Assembly (NCBI GenBank): GCA_965287045.1
Contig: CBDIYR020000002.1
Span: 248,001 to 312,000, forward strand
Source of the DNA: Carcharhinus amblyrhynchos
Lineage: Eukaryota
Length of the DNA stretch: 64,000 bases
Direction: 5' to 3'
Both the position numbers and the translations under genes were made by a program. Of this stretch, positions 48,141 to 61,064 are shown piece after piece. Below the pieces are notes generated by a model. It worked only from the letters and a program-made list of their open reading frames with translations, did not search any database and was not told the DNA's origin. Numbering within the stretch: the first letter of the stretch is position 1; each line of letters begins with the position of its first letter.

Positions 48141-49024
48141 CTGTCTGTGGAGCTGAGGAAGAGAACATAATAGATGGGCTTTTTTAGGCATTGCATTATT
48201 TCATAGATGCCTAATTGGTTAAATCATTAGATACTAGTTATGTGTCATAGTCGAAACCCACCCATGGCAGACACATCCATGTCACTGGGAACAAGCTCTT
48301 CTACAACAGGTGCTATCCCCCTTCGAGCCTTTTGCTATTTTTATTTGTTAACAAGAATTCTGACTGTCCCGAAGCTGCTTTAAGTTTTGAATTCCTGATG
48401 TTCAATAATGCAAATCCTTTCAATGCCTCTGATCTGTTATTGTGATTGTCAATAGCAGGGGCAATGTCCCAGAGTGTTAAAAAAGGGAAAGTGTCTTGAC
48501 TGTTACTGCTCAGTCGGAAAGTTCACCCTTCAATCTCCTCTGATTCCCATCCCCAAAGAGTTTCTCATGATTCACAAAGCTAGAGACTGGGTTTATCTGG
48601 TTTGGTTCCTTCTCCATTTTCCCCACCTGCAACTGGCAAAGTTTTCCAAAAGCTCCTCTCAATCCCCTGCCTTGCATCGTGTCCTGAGATTTGGAAATTC
48701 AATTACGTTGGGAGATTATAGTTTTAGGAATTGTTCTCCTTGGAGCAAAGAAGTTTAAACTGAGATTTCAAGGAGTTGAATAATTTTCTGTCTGGAGGCA
48801 AGTAGTTTGATGGAGCAGATAACGACATTTTTTTTTCCACTGACGAGAGACAGTAAGGAGAGGACTGGGTTAAGGTAGTCAAGGAAATACATACTTGCAT
48901 TGGTGCAGGGCCATTTCCCAACAGCCGAACATGTGTTACCAAACCATTTTAGGCGAATCATGTTCTTCTGCAATGCAGCATTCTTAAAAAGGAAGAAAAT
49001 GAAAACAAACAAATGACCTTGCAA

Positions 49025-49096
49025 AGAGGGCACTCGGGTTTGAACCGAGGACCTCTTGATCTGCAGTCAAATGCTCTACCACTGAGCTACACCCCC
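49025..49096 (-). tRNA. tRNA-Cys(GCA)
   Basis: gggggtgtagctcagtggtagagcatttgactGCAgatcaagaggtcctcggttcaaacccgagtgccctct. Confidence 0.9.
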
Positions 49097-50026
49097 TTGC
49101 ACACGAAGTCTGACTAATTTATTTCTCAGCATTATACCCATGGTCATAGAATCACTCCAGTCTTCCTTCCAATTACAAGACATTAAGTCACCTTCGATAT
49201 TTTCCCCGACTGTGTACTTGTGAGTAAACAATGAAGTGTCTAAACACTTCTGAAGGATTCACTTTATTTCCCTTTGCATATAAGCTTTTTGAACGCTGTT
49301 TCTCGAACATTTTCGGTTTTGAGGTGAAATTTGCCGCATCTGTAGTGCCTTGTTTTTGGGTCACAATGGATTAATTTTCTCCTTGCAACGTCAACTGCCT
49401 TAAAAGTTAAAGGACCGAGGTGTAAAACAACAAAAAACACAACGAATGTCACTTTGTTCCACAACAAATAGAACAAAATGTGAATTAGTTTTTTTTCATT
49501 CATTTCTGGGTCGTGGGCGTCGCTGGCCGGGTGAACATTTGCAGCTTATCTCTAATTGCCATTCGATTCACTGGCTTGTTCAGCCCATTCAGAAGAGAGT
49601 TAATAATCAACTACATTCCTATGGATTTGGAGTCACGTGTGGGCCAGACCAGTTAAGAATGGTGGATTCCACTCTGCAGCTTTTCCAGTGCGATCACATC
49701 CCTCCGAAATGTAAGTTTCGGAACTGCATACAATGCACCAGCTACTGCCTATCCGACGGTTGATAGAGTTACAGCATTAGCTCCCTCCTCTCGGAAGCTC
49801 TATGCTTCGGGTAAAAACGGCAAGTATACCACTTGCCTTGTCAACCGCTTTATCCACCTGTCCTGTTGCATATCGATAACAAGGTCCTTCGGAGCTTCAC
49901 ACGATCCTTTCCGTCATGGTTTATTCTCTTGTCTTACTTGTCCCGTCCGAATGCATCACTTCACATTCATCCGGATCGAATTCCATTTCCCACTGATCAA
50001 CCCATCTCACCAGCTCGTCTATATTG

Positions 50027-51225
50027 ATTGGAGTTGCTATAGTTCTAGCTCGCTAGAGGGGTCAGTGTTTGTACAAAGCGTGCAGGAAGGTTTTTTGTCT
50101 CAGTATGTAGACAGGCCAACTAGAGGTGAGGCTATATTGGATTTGGTGCTGGGAAATGAGCCAGACCAGGTGCTAGACTTGGAAGTTGGTGTGCATTTTG
50201 GTGATAGTGACCACAATTCGGTTACGTTCACCTTAGTGATGGGAAGAGATAGGCATGAACTTCTGTTGTGGGCAAGGTTTTAGAAAAAATTATTAGGGAT
50301 AGGATTTATAGTTATTTGGAGTGTAAAGAGTTGACACCAAAGTTGGAGGTGTGGTAGATTGTGAGGAAGGGTGTCATAGTCTGCAGGGAGACTTAGATAG
50401 GTTGCAGAGCTGGGCCGAGAGGTGGCGGATGGAATTTAATGCGGAGAAGTGTGAGGTAATTCACTTTGGTAGGAGCAACAGATGTGTCGAGTATAGGGCT
50501 AACGGGAGGACTTTGAATAGTGTGGATGAACAGAGGGATCTAGGTGTGTGTGTACATAGATCCCTGAAAGTTGGGAATCAAGTAGATAAGGTTGTTAAGA
50601 AGGCGTACGGTGTCTTGGCGTTTATTGGTAGGGGGATTGAATTTAGGAGTCGCAGTGTAATGTTGCAACTGTACACTACTCTAGTGCGGCCGCACTTGGA
50701 GTACTGTGTGCAGTTCTGGTCCCCGCATTCCAAGAAGGATGTGGAGGCGTTGGAGAGGGTGCAGAGGAGGTTTACTAGGATGTTGCCTGGTATGGTGGGG
50801 AGGTCCTATGAGGAGAGACTGAGGGATTTAGGGTTGTTTTCGTTGGAAAGAAGGCGGCTAAGAGGGGATCTTATTGAAACATATAAGATGTTTAGATAGG
50901 GTGGATAGTGATAGCCTTTTTCCTCGGATGGAGAAAGCTAGCACGAGGGGGCATGGCTTTAAATTAAGGGGGGGGTAGCTACAGGACGGATGTCAGGGGT
51001 AGGTTCTTTACCCAGCGGGTGGTGAGGGATTGGAATGCCCTGCCTGCTGCAGTTGTAAATGCGTCTAGTTTGGGGGCGTTTAAGAGATCTCTGGATAGGT
51101 TTATGGACGAAAAGGGATTGGTATAGGCTAGTGGGTCATTGTTTTTGTAACTGGTCGGCGCAACATCGTGGGCCGAAGGGCCTGTTCTGCGCTGTAATGT
51201 TCTATGTTCTATGTTCTATGTTCTA
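50027..51225 (+). mobile_element. Internally deleted CR1 copy, near-identical to 334-1856
   Basis: Endonuclease C-terminal part (PTRGEAILDLVL..GDSDHN) joined to the 498-565 equivalent, then to the 959-1856 equivalent. Confidence 0.95.
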
Positions 51226-52079
51226 TATTGTCCTGTGACTGGACATTATATACCTGCCTATTTACCGCCTCACAAATGTTTGTATCCTCGGTAACTCACC
51301 GATCAAGTTCCCACTTTCAAGTCCAAATCATTCATATAAATCACAGATGCAAGGGCCCCAAAACTAATCCTCATCGGACCCCACTGTACACACGCTTCCA
51401 TTCTGAAAAAAAAACGTATTAACCGCTTTATGCTCATGTTCTGCCACATTAATGTACTGCTGTACATGCACTCCCACGTTTCCTCGGAGATTCCAAAGGT
51501 TCTGTGTTTATCATGTATTCCCTTTGCCTTGGTTGTTCTGCCCGAGCGCATCACCTCAAGCTGGCCAGCCCGTCGAAGTCCTCCAGTGAACCAAAGCTAT
51601 CCTCCTCTCTATTTACTAGTTGAAACAGGGAACGTGTTAACGAACATTGTAATACTGAGAGATTTGTAAAAACAAAAACACTGTAAAACTTGTTGTCGTG
51701 TATCCAAGAACAGGTCAGAGGACAGAAATACACGCTTATGATTTTCCCAGCTAATTGTACTGAGGAATGTGGATAACCCAGGCAGTATCCATTTTAAGGT
51801 TCTGAGTTAGGAGGCATTTGAGGTTCACGTTGTTTTAATTTAACAAGTTCCCAGGTCGGGAATAAATTGTATCCCAGGCTGCGGTTGGGTGGCAGGAAAG
51901 AAATTATAGTATTTTTTACCCAAATTTGTAATTCCCTCTGGAGACAGGGAGGGTAGCAAATGTTTGGAGGACAGTTATATGGTTCCACATTCCTTAAAGT
52001 GTAGTAGTTATCCACCAGGGCATTGAAGTCCAGTGAAACTTAAGTGATTCATAAGGAAACTAATGGACAACATTCCAAA

Positions 52080-53460
52080 GAAGAGATAAGTTTTGATCAG
52101 GGATATATAGATGCTTTTGTCCGAGGTCATGCCTAAAGAAGATTTTTTTTTCGGTACGATCTAGATGAGAAGGTGACGGATGGTAATTAAGTCTAAGGGC
52201 GATTAAAAAAAAACGCCAGCGTCGATAGTAGCGAAAAAAAAAATCTGGGTTGCAGGAAGATAGAGATGAGAGATTCTGATTGAGGTATATCAAATTTTAA
52301 AAGAAATCGTCGAGGTAGAGTTTTCTCTTATGGGGCAATCTAGAAAAAAGAGTTCACATGTATATGTTGAGAGGCTATGGATTAAATACTGAGGTGAGGA
52401 GGAACGAATTCTCGCAAAAGTTGATGGGTTTGTGGAACTCGCTATCACACTGCTCGATGGAGCCTGAATGGTTTCGACAAGGAGACAGATACATTTCCGG
52501 TAACACGAGAGAAAGAGGTATTTGGGGAGCAGGTGGGGTGGTGGATTTGAGACAAGACAAGATTAGCCTTGATCTGATTGAATGGCGGAGCATGATTGAA
52601 GGGCTGATGTTGCAGGCTTTTGCACATAATTCCATTGTTCCTATGTTTCTTTGAGCAGCCAGGTGCGGTTGATCAGGGGCATAAACCCATATTGTGCGAA
52701 ATTGTACACTTTGGAAGGGGAAATATAACAAGGGAGAACGTAATGGATGGAAGAACACAAGGCAGCTCAGAGGAGCAAAATGATCTTAGGATGTTTCTCC
52801 AGTGATCGCTGAAAGGGCAGGACAGAGTAATATGATAGTTAAGAAGAACTTCTCTAACGCTCGTGGAAAAGATTACATGAGCAGGTCGGATATGTTGGAA
52901 CTGTATGAAACTTTGGATAGGCAAAAGCTGGAAGTACTGTGTGCAGACCTGGTGGACCCATTTTAGGAGCACGTGATTTAATTGGCGAGGCTGAAGCCAA
53001 AATTCATCGGAATGGCGCCTGAGATACACAGTTTTAGATATGAAGAGAGGGTGAAAAGGATCGTGTTGTTTCGAGTAGAGGAGGCAGAAAGGGAATCTAA
53101 TTGGATTGGATAAGGCCAAGAAGTTTATGGACAAGATAAGGAGGAAATTGCTGCTCCCCATTGTTGAAGGGTCAATAGAAAAGGGACATAATTTGCAGGT
53201 GAGATGCAGGAGGCTTCGAGGGTATTCAAGGAAACATTTTTTTTCACAGAGAGAGTTGAAAGTCCGGAATGCACTGACTAGGAGGATTGGAGAGGCACGA
53301 ATACATGCAAACTTTGAAAAGTACATTGATGAGCACATGACATTTCATAACATTAAAGAAGATGGGCCAACTGGGATTAATTTAGATTTAACACATTTTT
53401 GTTGGTGCGAAATTGATGTGCCAAAGGGTCTCTTCTGTACTGCATGCTTCTATGACTCTA
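52080..53460 (+). mobile_element. Two adjacent decayed CR1 3' fragments
   Basis: EVRRNEFSQKLMGLWNSL; KGHNLQVRCRRLRGYSRKHFFSQR; CR1 tails near 52650 and 53460. Confidence 0.8.
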
Positions 53461-53991
53461 CGTTCTGGAGCCTGCGATCATAATTATAGAAGAATCGCCC
53501 AGTTTTGACGTTTCTTTGATTTTCATGGTCATTTGTACAAGTTTCTTGTCGATAGGCCATCTTTATTTTCAAACCGTTATTCAATTCCAGGCCTTTCATA
53601 CAGATGAAATTGATGCTGGCCTAATTAGAATATCAGTTAGCAATAAACAACTTCATTGTCGGATTGAAGGTGCATTTAAGTGTGAAAATCAGCAGGTCAC
53701 TTCTGTTAAAATACGTGCATTTCATTTAAAATCACATATTTGTAATTGTGTTCCAGCTATGACATCAACACTGAAGCAAAACAAAACATATCAAAGTGCT
53801 TCTTCAATCAATACAATGCACCATGATTCATTGTTTAATTAATGGTGTTTGTTCAGTGAGTGTAAGTAACATTATTGGTATAGTTAGCTAATTGTGCCTA
53901 AGGGGGATAAAACCAGGTATAATAGAGTATTATTTGAAAGTCGAACAGACACAAGTGATTCTCAGTTAGACATTACTGCGTCTCACAGAAG

Positions 53992-56807
53992 ATGCACGCT
54001 CCACCTACTGGACTACCATACGCCATTTACTACACTACGCTTGCTGTCATCGCGGTCCCAGGTAAGGCATCAAAATAAATTCTTTGTTGTCTACTGAATG
54101 TATCTCAAAGATACTGTGCACAAAAGGATGTAAGATATCCGACATTCTATTCAACTCTGGTTGGGCCGACTCGGAGCAATATATTCTTTTCCTGCCACGT
54201 CACCGTATGAAGGATAGACTTGGCGTTTCAAAAATGGTGGAATGTAGATTCGCCATAACGATACCAAGACTTCGATAGCAAATTCTCAGGAACGGTTACT
54301 TAAATCGCATTTGTTGTACATTCCATTGATAAGATTAAAGGACTCTTAAAGGGCTTTGATGAAAATTAGTAAAGGGTTCCAAAGATCTGTGGGGAAGAAA
54401 CAGTTTATTCTGGTGGAGTTGCCAAGAGCAAGGGGCAGAAGGGGTGAAATAACTCAGAACATGTTTTTCTAAAGGGTGAGTCATCCTGGACGAACCTCAT
54501 TTGACTTAATGAAGCAGTGTATAAAGTGCTGGAGACGGAGATATTTATCGGTAAAGACATCGCTTTGATAAAGGAATAGCCTTGACAAAGGGTCATTGGA
54601 CTCGAAACGTCAGCTATTTCTCGTCATCCAGATGCTGCCAGACCTGCTGCGATTTTCCAGGTCCAGCATCCGCAATAATGTGCTTTTAATGTCGATAGGA
54701 GTTATTTGTTATGGAGTTCACAAAAAAAAACTTGATTAGAGTCCACACAGTGCATGACACTTCAAGGTGAATGTTCTGGAATTGAAGTAAAGACATATAA
54801 ATGTTTGGGACTAAATTTCAATGTAATAAGGGTTCTCGACTTACTGGATGTGGAGAAGTTGTTTCCACTAGCAGAAACATCGCACAATAAAGCGAACAGT
54901 ATTCGTGAAAACAGCAAAATTGATTTAAGGAAATGCTTTTTTACACTGCAAGTGGCTGGTGTTTGTGATAAACTGCCTGACATTGTGGTGGAGGGAGATC
55001 CGAGTGAACAATTCAGAAACTAACTGCACAGTTATCTGGATGGATGAATGTGGAATGTTAGAAGGATAGGATGGTGGAACACTCTCGGTGAGAAGTACAT
55101 TCAGAGAAACAGTGCAATCACAATTGCTGAAATGGCATTGTGCCGAATTGTAATAATGTTGCCATTCTGTGAAATTGGCGAAGTTATATTACACAGAGGG
55201 CAAAGACAAGAGAAACCATTCGAAATCATAGGGTATGTGTGGTCATTCCTTGCTAGGGTTCTGTTGGCACTTCAACGACTGGCCCGAACTATAATTGGCT
55301 GAGAAGATGCAGTGTAAAAAGTCACACATCAAAATGTCTTGACAAAGGTACGTTACATCCTAATCAGTGCAGATGAAAGAATAAATATCGAAACATAATT
55401 TAAAGTTTAACTAAGTGAGCTAAACTGAGGAAAATGCTCATCATGCTCAACAGGTATTATAGCGTTCACGTTGTGCCCATATACGATACAGGGTTTATCT
55501 GTGATTTTATTCCAATTCTTACAATAATATTTGTGTTTTATGTTCAAGTTTATATTCGAATTGTCGCAGCACAGGATTTTTTTTTCCCCTGCAAGATCAG
55601 TTCAGTTTCTCCAGTTGTCCTCATTTTATGACTTATCATCTGATTAGGACATGTGTGTGGTGACAGGGAAAATGATAGAGGAAACTTGAGAAACTGGATA
55701 ATCAATTTTGATGATTAAGAATATAAATCTTCCATCCGTGATGTCTTCCGTCTTCACATTATTAAATCCACTTTTGTTTCTTCACTCCCAGAAAATTTCT
55801 TCAGACACAGAAAGTAAGAGTCCATGCGTTTTGGTCAATGCGATTATATTAGTGTGGTTTTCCTGTGCAAGTCAATTCTCCTTCTCTTGAATGCAGCTAA
55901 TTTCGTGGCGATTGTGATTCTGTCGAGAGGAAACTGTGGTCTTTCGGGGTGTATCACTCGATACCTTATCTCCATGAATGTGACAGATCTGCTGGTCATT
56001 ATCACCGCTGTGATATTAAATCGTATCAGTGGCATTTATTTTCCAGGCAGTTTCTTGTCCATCACTCCACTCTGTAGTCTGAGCATTGCTTTAACTTACG
56101 CAGCCAGAGTGAGTTCTGTCTGGTTAACAGTCATGTTTACCTTTGATCGCTTTGTGGCAATATGCTGCCAGAAGCTGAAAATAAAATACTGTACCGAGAA
56201 AACTGCAGCTGTTGTGATAGGAACTGTCTGTGTTCTGGGCTGTTTAACAAATATTCCATGGTACTTTATCCACGAGCCTATTTATGTAGTTGACAATGTG
56301 CCCTGGTATTGCAGACTGAAGGATATCCGGTATACTTCACTGTTCTGGACAGCATACGACTGGTTTGACCGCTTATTGACCCCGTGTGCTCCGTTCCTTC
56401 TGATTCTCCTGTTCAATGCTCTGACCGTCAGACACATTCTAGCAGCCAGCCGAGCCAGGAGGAGACTCCGTACAGACAAAGGCAGAGAGAATCAGACTGA
56501 TCCCGAGATGGAGAGCCGGAGAAAGTCCATCATTTCACTCTTCACAATCTCTGGCAGTTTCATCCTGTTGTGGATGACGTATGTTATACAGTTCTTGCAT
56601 GTACGAATCACAGACGATTATAACATTAAAAGCTTCAGTGATCCCAAATTTATTCTCCAGGAATCTGGGAACATGCTGCAGCTTCTTAGTTCCTGCACCA
56701 ACACCTTTATTTACGCAGCCATTCAGAAGAAATTCAGAGAAGAGTTGAAAAATGCTCTCCACTGTCCAATGAAACATATTACTGAAATAATTATTCCGAG
56801 AAAATAA
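53992..56807 (+). CDS. GPR139-like class A orphan GPCR, gene 2 (exon 1 53992-54061, exon 2 55897-56807; 326 aa)
   Basis: MHAPPTGLPYAIYYTTLAVIAVP/ANF..; gtaagg donor and tgcag acceptor; FTFDRFVAICC, PFLLILLFN, NTFIY. Confidence 0.92.
54575..54690 (+). mobile_element. Penelope-type terminal fragment in the GPCR intron
   Basis: ttgacaaagggtcattggactcgaaacgtcagct...cagatgctgccagacctgctg. Confidence 0.65.
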
Positions 56808-57539
56808 TGCATTCCAATAGTTATAATTCTTTATTACATCTAGTCAATGGTTTCACATCTTACCAGTTCAGGCTTGGAAATAATAATTACTAATATTTAA
56901 TTAATGTCAATATATGAGAATTATTACCTCTAATGTAATCACCACCCATCGAAGTGTAGAAATAAGAAAGTAAATGTGTCTTTGTCATGTCTTGTTCATC
57001 AGGTGAGTGGTGAGGAAGCAGCAGTGCTCCAAAATCTCATGCTGCCAAATAAACCTATTGACTTTAGCCTGGTGTTGTGAGACGTCTTACTGTGCCCAGA
57101 AAGTATTTTTTTTTCATATAACAAGGATACAAGGACCCCAATTCTCTAACAAGTGACCTTCCTCTATAAATGAGGTTAGTTTTCCACGTTGAATGCCGTT
57201 CATCCGGTAGTGTAGTTCCAACTATCCAAAATTTCTGACGGGTCTCTTCCCTGTACCCGTGACGCAAACCTGCCAAAATAATGACATCTGCCCTTAAAGA
57301 GGCCATGGATTAAATAATATTATTTGCTGGCAGGTCAGTATCAATTCCATGGTCACTGCACAGGAGTATTAACTCTGAGTTCTCCCGCTAATACAATGAT
57401 AGCCTCAACTCCACTTCTACTCTACATCATTTCTCAGCATCCTGTGACCATGCAACATTGATGATTCTGTTGTCAATTCCAATTTAACTCCATCACCACC
57501 TCTCTGATTTTGTACTCTGGACTCCGACTAATAAAGTCG

Positions 57540-57830
57540 AGGGTGTCTCCTACTTTTTCACCACCTATGAACCTGCCTTTCTGTCTTCAGAGGAATATGT
57601 ACATTCACGCCAAGATCCCTTTGTTCTTCTGAACTTCCTAGTGTCATATCTTTCATAGCATACTTCCTTGTCAAAGCCATCCTCCCGAAGTGTATCATAT
57701 TTTCAGTGCTAAATTCCATCTTCCACTTAGCTGAGCATTTGACCATCTCGTCTATACCTTCCTGTAACCCAAGACACTCAAGCACCCTGTTATCCACCGG
57801 CCACATTTTCCTGTAATTGGAAAACCGGCT
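57540..57830 (-). mobile_element. CR1 fragment
   Basis: KWKMEFSTE..IHFGR..EEQRDLGVNVH. Confidence 0.8.
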
Positions 57831-58004
57831 GTGTGTACCCCGCTCCTCCCTCCCACTCCCCACGCTCCCCCCCCCCTCCCCCCCCCCGAATTTCGATAAA
57901 TGACAATCAATGGGGAATTTCCTAAAGTTTCCTGAGTGTTTAGATTTCAACTTCCTGAGGATTACAAAAAAAACTTGAGCAAGCAAATTTAGCAAATAAA
58001 ACTA

Positions 58005-58349
58005 AGTGGAATGGCAGTGTCCGCCCCTCCCCTGAGGTTCCAGATGTATGAGCACCTCACATAGGTTCCGCACTGTGCTCTTGGACAGCCGCAGCCAGCG
58101 GCGACATGTCGCCTCTGAGACAGTCTCAAATAAATGCTGGGTCCTGTACCTCCTTCCCCTCTGCACCCTCAGTCTTCTGTGCACCCTTTTCGGAGACTGC
58201 TCACCCACCTCCAGGACCTCAGCGGCAGTCCCCTGCCCTCCTTCCGGAGGGACTGGTGTTGACTGCTCCTGCGGTGGTCTCACCACATCCTTCACCTCCT
58301 GATCCACCTCCTCTGCCTCTTCATCCGTCACCAATATGGCCCGCTCCAT
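58005..58349 (-). mobile_element. Harbinger/PIF (HARBI1-like) transposase N-terminal remnant, truncated
   Basis: RRYR..LFETVSEATCRRWLRLSKSTVRNLCEVL..LEPQGRGGH resembles the N-terminal HTH-preceding region of HARBI1-like transposases; no DDE domain follows. Confidence 0.65.
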
Positions 58350-59619
58350 GTCTATCTGTCTAAGATGGGGTTTGGTAAGAGCAAAAATGACAGATTAATG
58401 TCATTGGCTGCAGAGACCCAGCACCACTTCAATTCCTCACTTGGGCCAGTAGGCCCACTTGTGGGTGTTGTTAACGCCATAAATCCATGGTGTCACCCGT
58501 GACCTGATTGGGTTCTGTGAAATTCCCATCATGACAAATGCTGGCACAGATTATGCATGCGATTCTGAAGGTGTGGGCACTGCGCATCCTTGAACAACTG
58601 CCATGTGTGGAACTGCAGCACCCGTTGCAGGTATGGTCAGTGTTACTGGGCAGAGGTAGGCTTAAGCCATCACCAGATGCAGGCTCAGTGACAACAGATT
58701 CACTCTGTGAGTGAACCTTGGCACCCCGGGCTGGAGTAATAGCTGCTTGATGTGGTTAGGCCTCAGTCAGCACATCGTACACCGCAAGCAACCCCCTCCA
58801 CACTCCCCCGGAACCCCAGCACTCAGTGCAGTCCCTAATCACACTCCAGGCAGACAATGCCACTCAAGGGGAAGGTTGAGCAGCACTCATTCAGGGGCCC
58901 TTCCTCACAATCCTATCGCAGTGCCCTCAGGGAGAAGGCTGAGCAGGACTTCAGGGATCGTCCCCCAGTGCGCACTAAGGAAATAGAAGCCTCCCTCCCA
59001 CCCCCACCCCCATTCTTTGGAAAACCAAGTATCACTTGTCCTCCAGCCAGGACCTGAAGACAGCGAGTAGGAGGCCCACCAAGCATCTCCAGGGCTTGCC
59101 TTCAACATCCTCTGCACTCGTCTCACTTTAGGTCCGTAGCACTCATGAAGCTCTGCAAAACATTGCTTCAGCCTCATTAGAATCATGGGGACGACACTCC
59201 CAAAATCGCACACTCGCTTTCACAGGAAATGTGGAATAATTCATGCTGGGATAACGTTGGGTTTTCAGACGAGAGTCTCCCACCTTCTGTGCAGTGCAGA
59301 GGCCAACAGGCTGAATATCATTCAATTTCAGGGGGGCGGAGCCTATTCACAACGGAGAGGTTGAAACAGCAAACTGCACTGTCAATGAGTGCTGATCAGT
59401 CCGTGACCCCCGCAGTGCTGCACTCCAAACTGCCAAAGGCCGATAGTGCCCTCCCCGCTCCCCCTCCACCCCGTCCATGTGCGGGCAAATCCAGAACCCC
59501 CACCGCCATCCCTCTGTGCCCTCATCCCAGCTTGATCTCCAGTCTCCCCCCTCACCCAGTCCCCCATTTGTGACGACCTGCCCCACTCCCCTGAGGAAGA
59601 CTCCCCCCAAATTCCAGCG

Positions 59620-60170
59620 GCAGATCCTACCGGAAGGATATATTGGCCTTGGAGGGAGTATAGCGAAGGTTCACCAGGCTGATACCGGAGATGAGGCGGT
59701 TAGCTTATGGGGAGAGATTAAATAGACTGTGTCAGTACTCATTAGCGTTTAGAAGGCTGAGGGAGTATCGTAAAGAGACTTATAAGATAATGAAGAGGCT
59801 AGACAGGGTAGAGGTAGCGAGATTCTTCCGCTTGGCAAGAATAGCAGAACTAGAGGGTACAGCCTCAAAATAAGGCGGGGAGGGGGGGGGGGGGACACTT
59901 TAGAACAGAGTTGAGGAGGAACTTCTTCTCTCAGAGGTTGGTGAATCTCTGGAATTCTCCGGCCGTTGAAGTGGTGGAGGCTACCTCGCTGAATATATTT
60001 AAGTCACGGGTAGATAGGTTTCTGACAGACAAGGGAATTAAGGGTTACGGGGAGAAAGCGGGAAAGTGGAACTGATCCACTTCAGATCAGGCATGATCTT
60101 ATTGAATGGCAGGGCAGGCTCGAAGGGCTAGATGGCCTACTCCTGCTCCTATTTCTTATGCTCTTTTGTT
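59620..60170 (+). mobile_element. CR1 3' fragment
   Basis: LAYGERLNRL..YSLAFRRLR..ETYKIMK; tail ggcctactcctgctcctatttcttatg. Confidence 0.85.
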
Positions 60171-60488
60171 TCTTCAATGGGATTAAATTAACCATTGCAG
60201 GCTTTGGTTTTATTGGCCAGGTCGCTTCACTCTGTTACATGTTTGTAAAAGACCCTTTCTATTACACCTGATACAACATAACTCCTTCATCAGCACGTTT
60301 CTTGCAAATGTTCTCCCCAACAGCAAAAACAAGGTCCTGCCCTTGAAGCTCCATTATATTGCTTTGGATTTTTCAGGAGCCCTATTCATTTTGGCCTTCA
60401 TTGCAGTTGTTTCCTGCCTCGTTCAAAAAGATTTGCAACTCGCTTACATCCGGTGCTGCACATTCAGGGATTTTAGTTTCAAGCCATT

Positions 60489-60941
60489 GGGCAGGAATTT
60501 ACAGCCTGACTCACCGTGAAACCGTAAAATCCTGCCTGAGGTCAATGGACCTTTACATGGTTCACCCCTCTCCCGCTCTGATTCCCGTGGCGGACGGGAG
60601 GTCAAAATTCTAGCACATCACCTTTGTAGAATGAGATTCTGCCACAAATTACACGGTCCCTCTACCTTTTTGTTATTGCTGGGCCGAATTCGCAGTTATC
60701 TGTGAATCTTCTTAATCTGGCCAGATAGCCTGGGGGTGGGGGCAATTCTGTGTGTGCGTTGGGGGGGGGGGGGGGTGGCATATGACTTTCAACTTGCTCT
60801 TATATCTGTTCGAAAGATAGGGGGCATAATTTTCCCGTCCCACCCACCACAGGAATTGGCATGATACAGACAATGCAAAGGTCCGTTGACCTCAAATGGG
60901 ATTTTCCACATTTGGGGTGAGCGTGGCTGGAAAATCCTACC
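60489..60941. mobile_element. Two inverted copies of a ~125-bp MITE (60489-60614 and 60821-60941)
   Basis: The copies are reverse complements (gaggtcaatggacctttacatgg vs caatgcaaaggtccgttgacctc); termini gggc..aattt / aaaat(t/c)c. Confidence 0.7.
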
Positions 60942-61064
60942 TGGGTGTCAGGAAAATCAGGCGATGTTAAACTTCTGATTAATCTGTGTGCCTGTGGTCC
61001 CTGAACTGTGCAAAGAATAACCTTCCACTCTCTCTCAGTTGTTGTCTCATTCATTACAAAGGGG

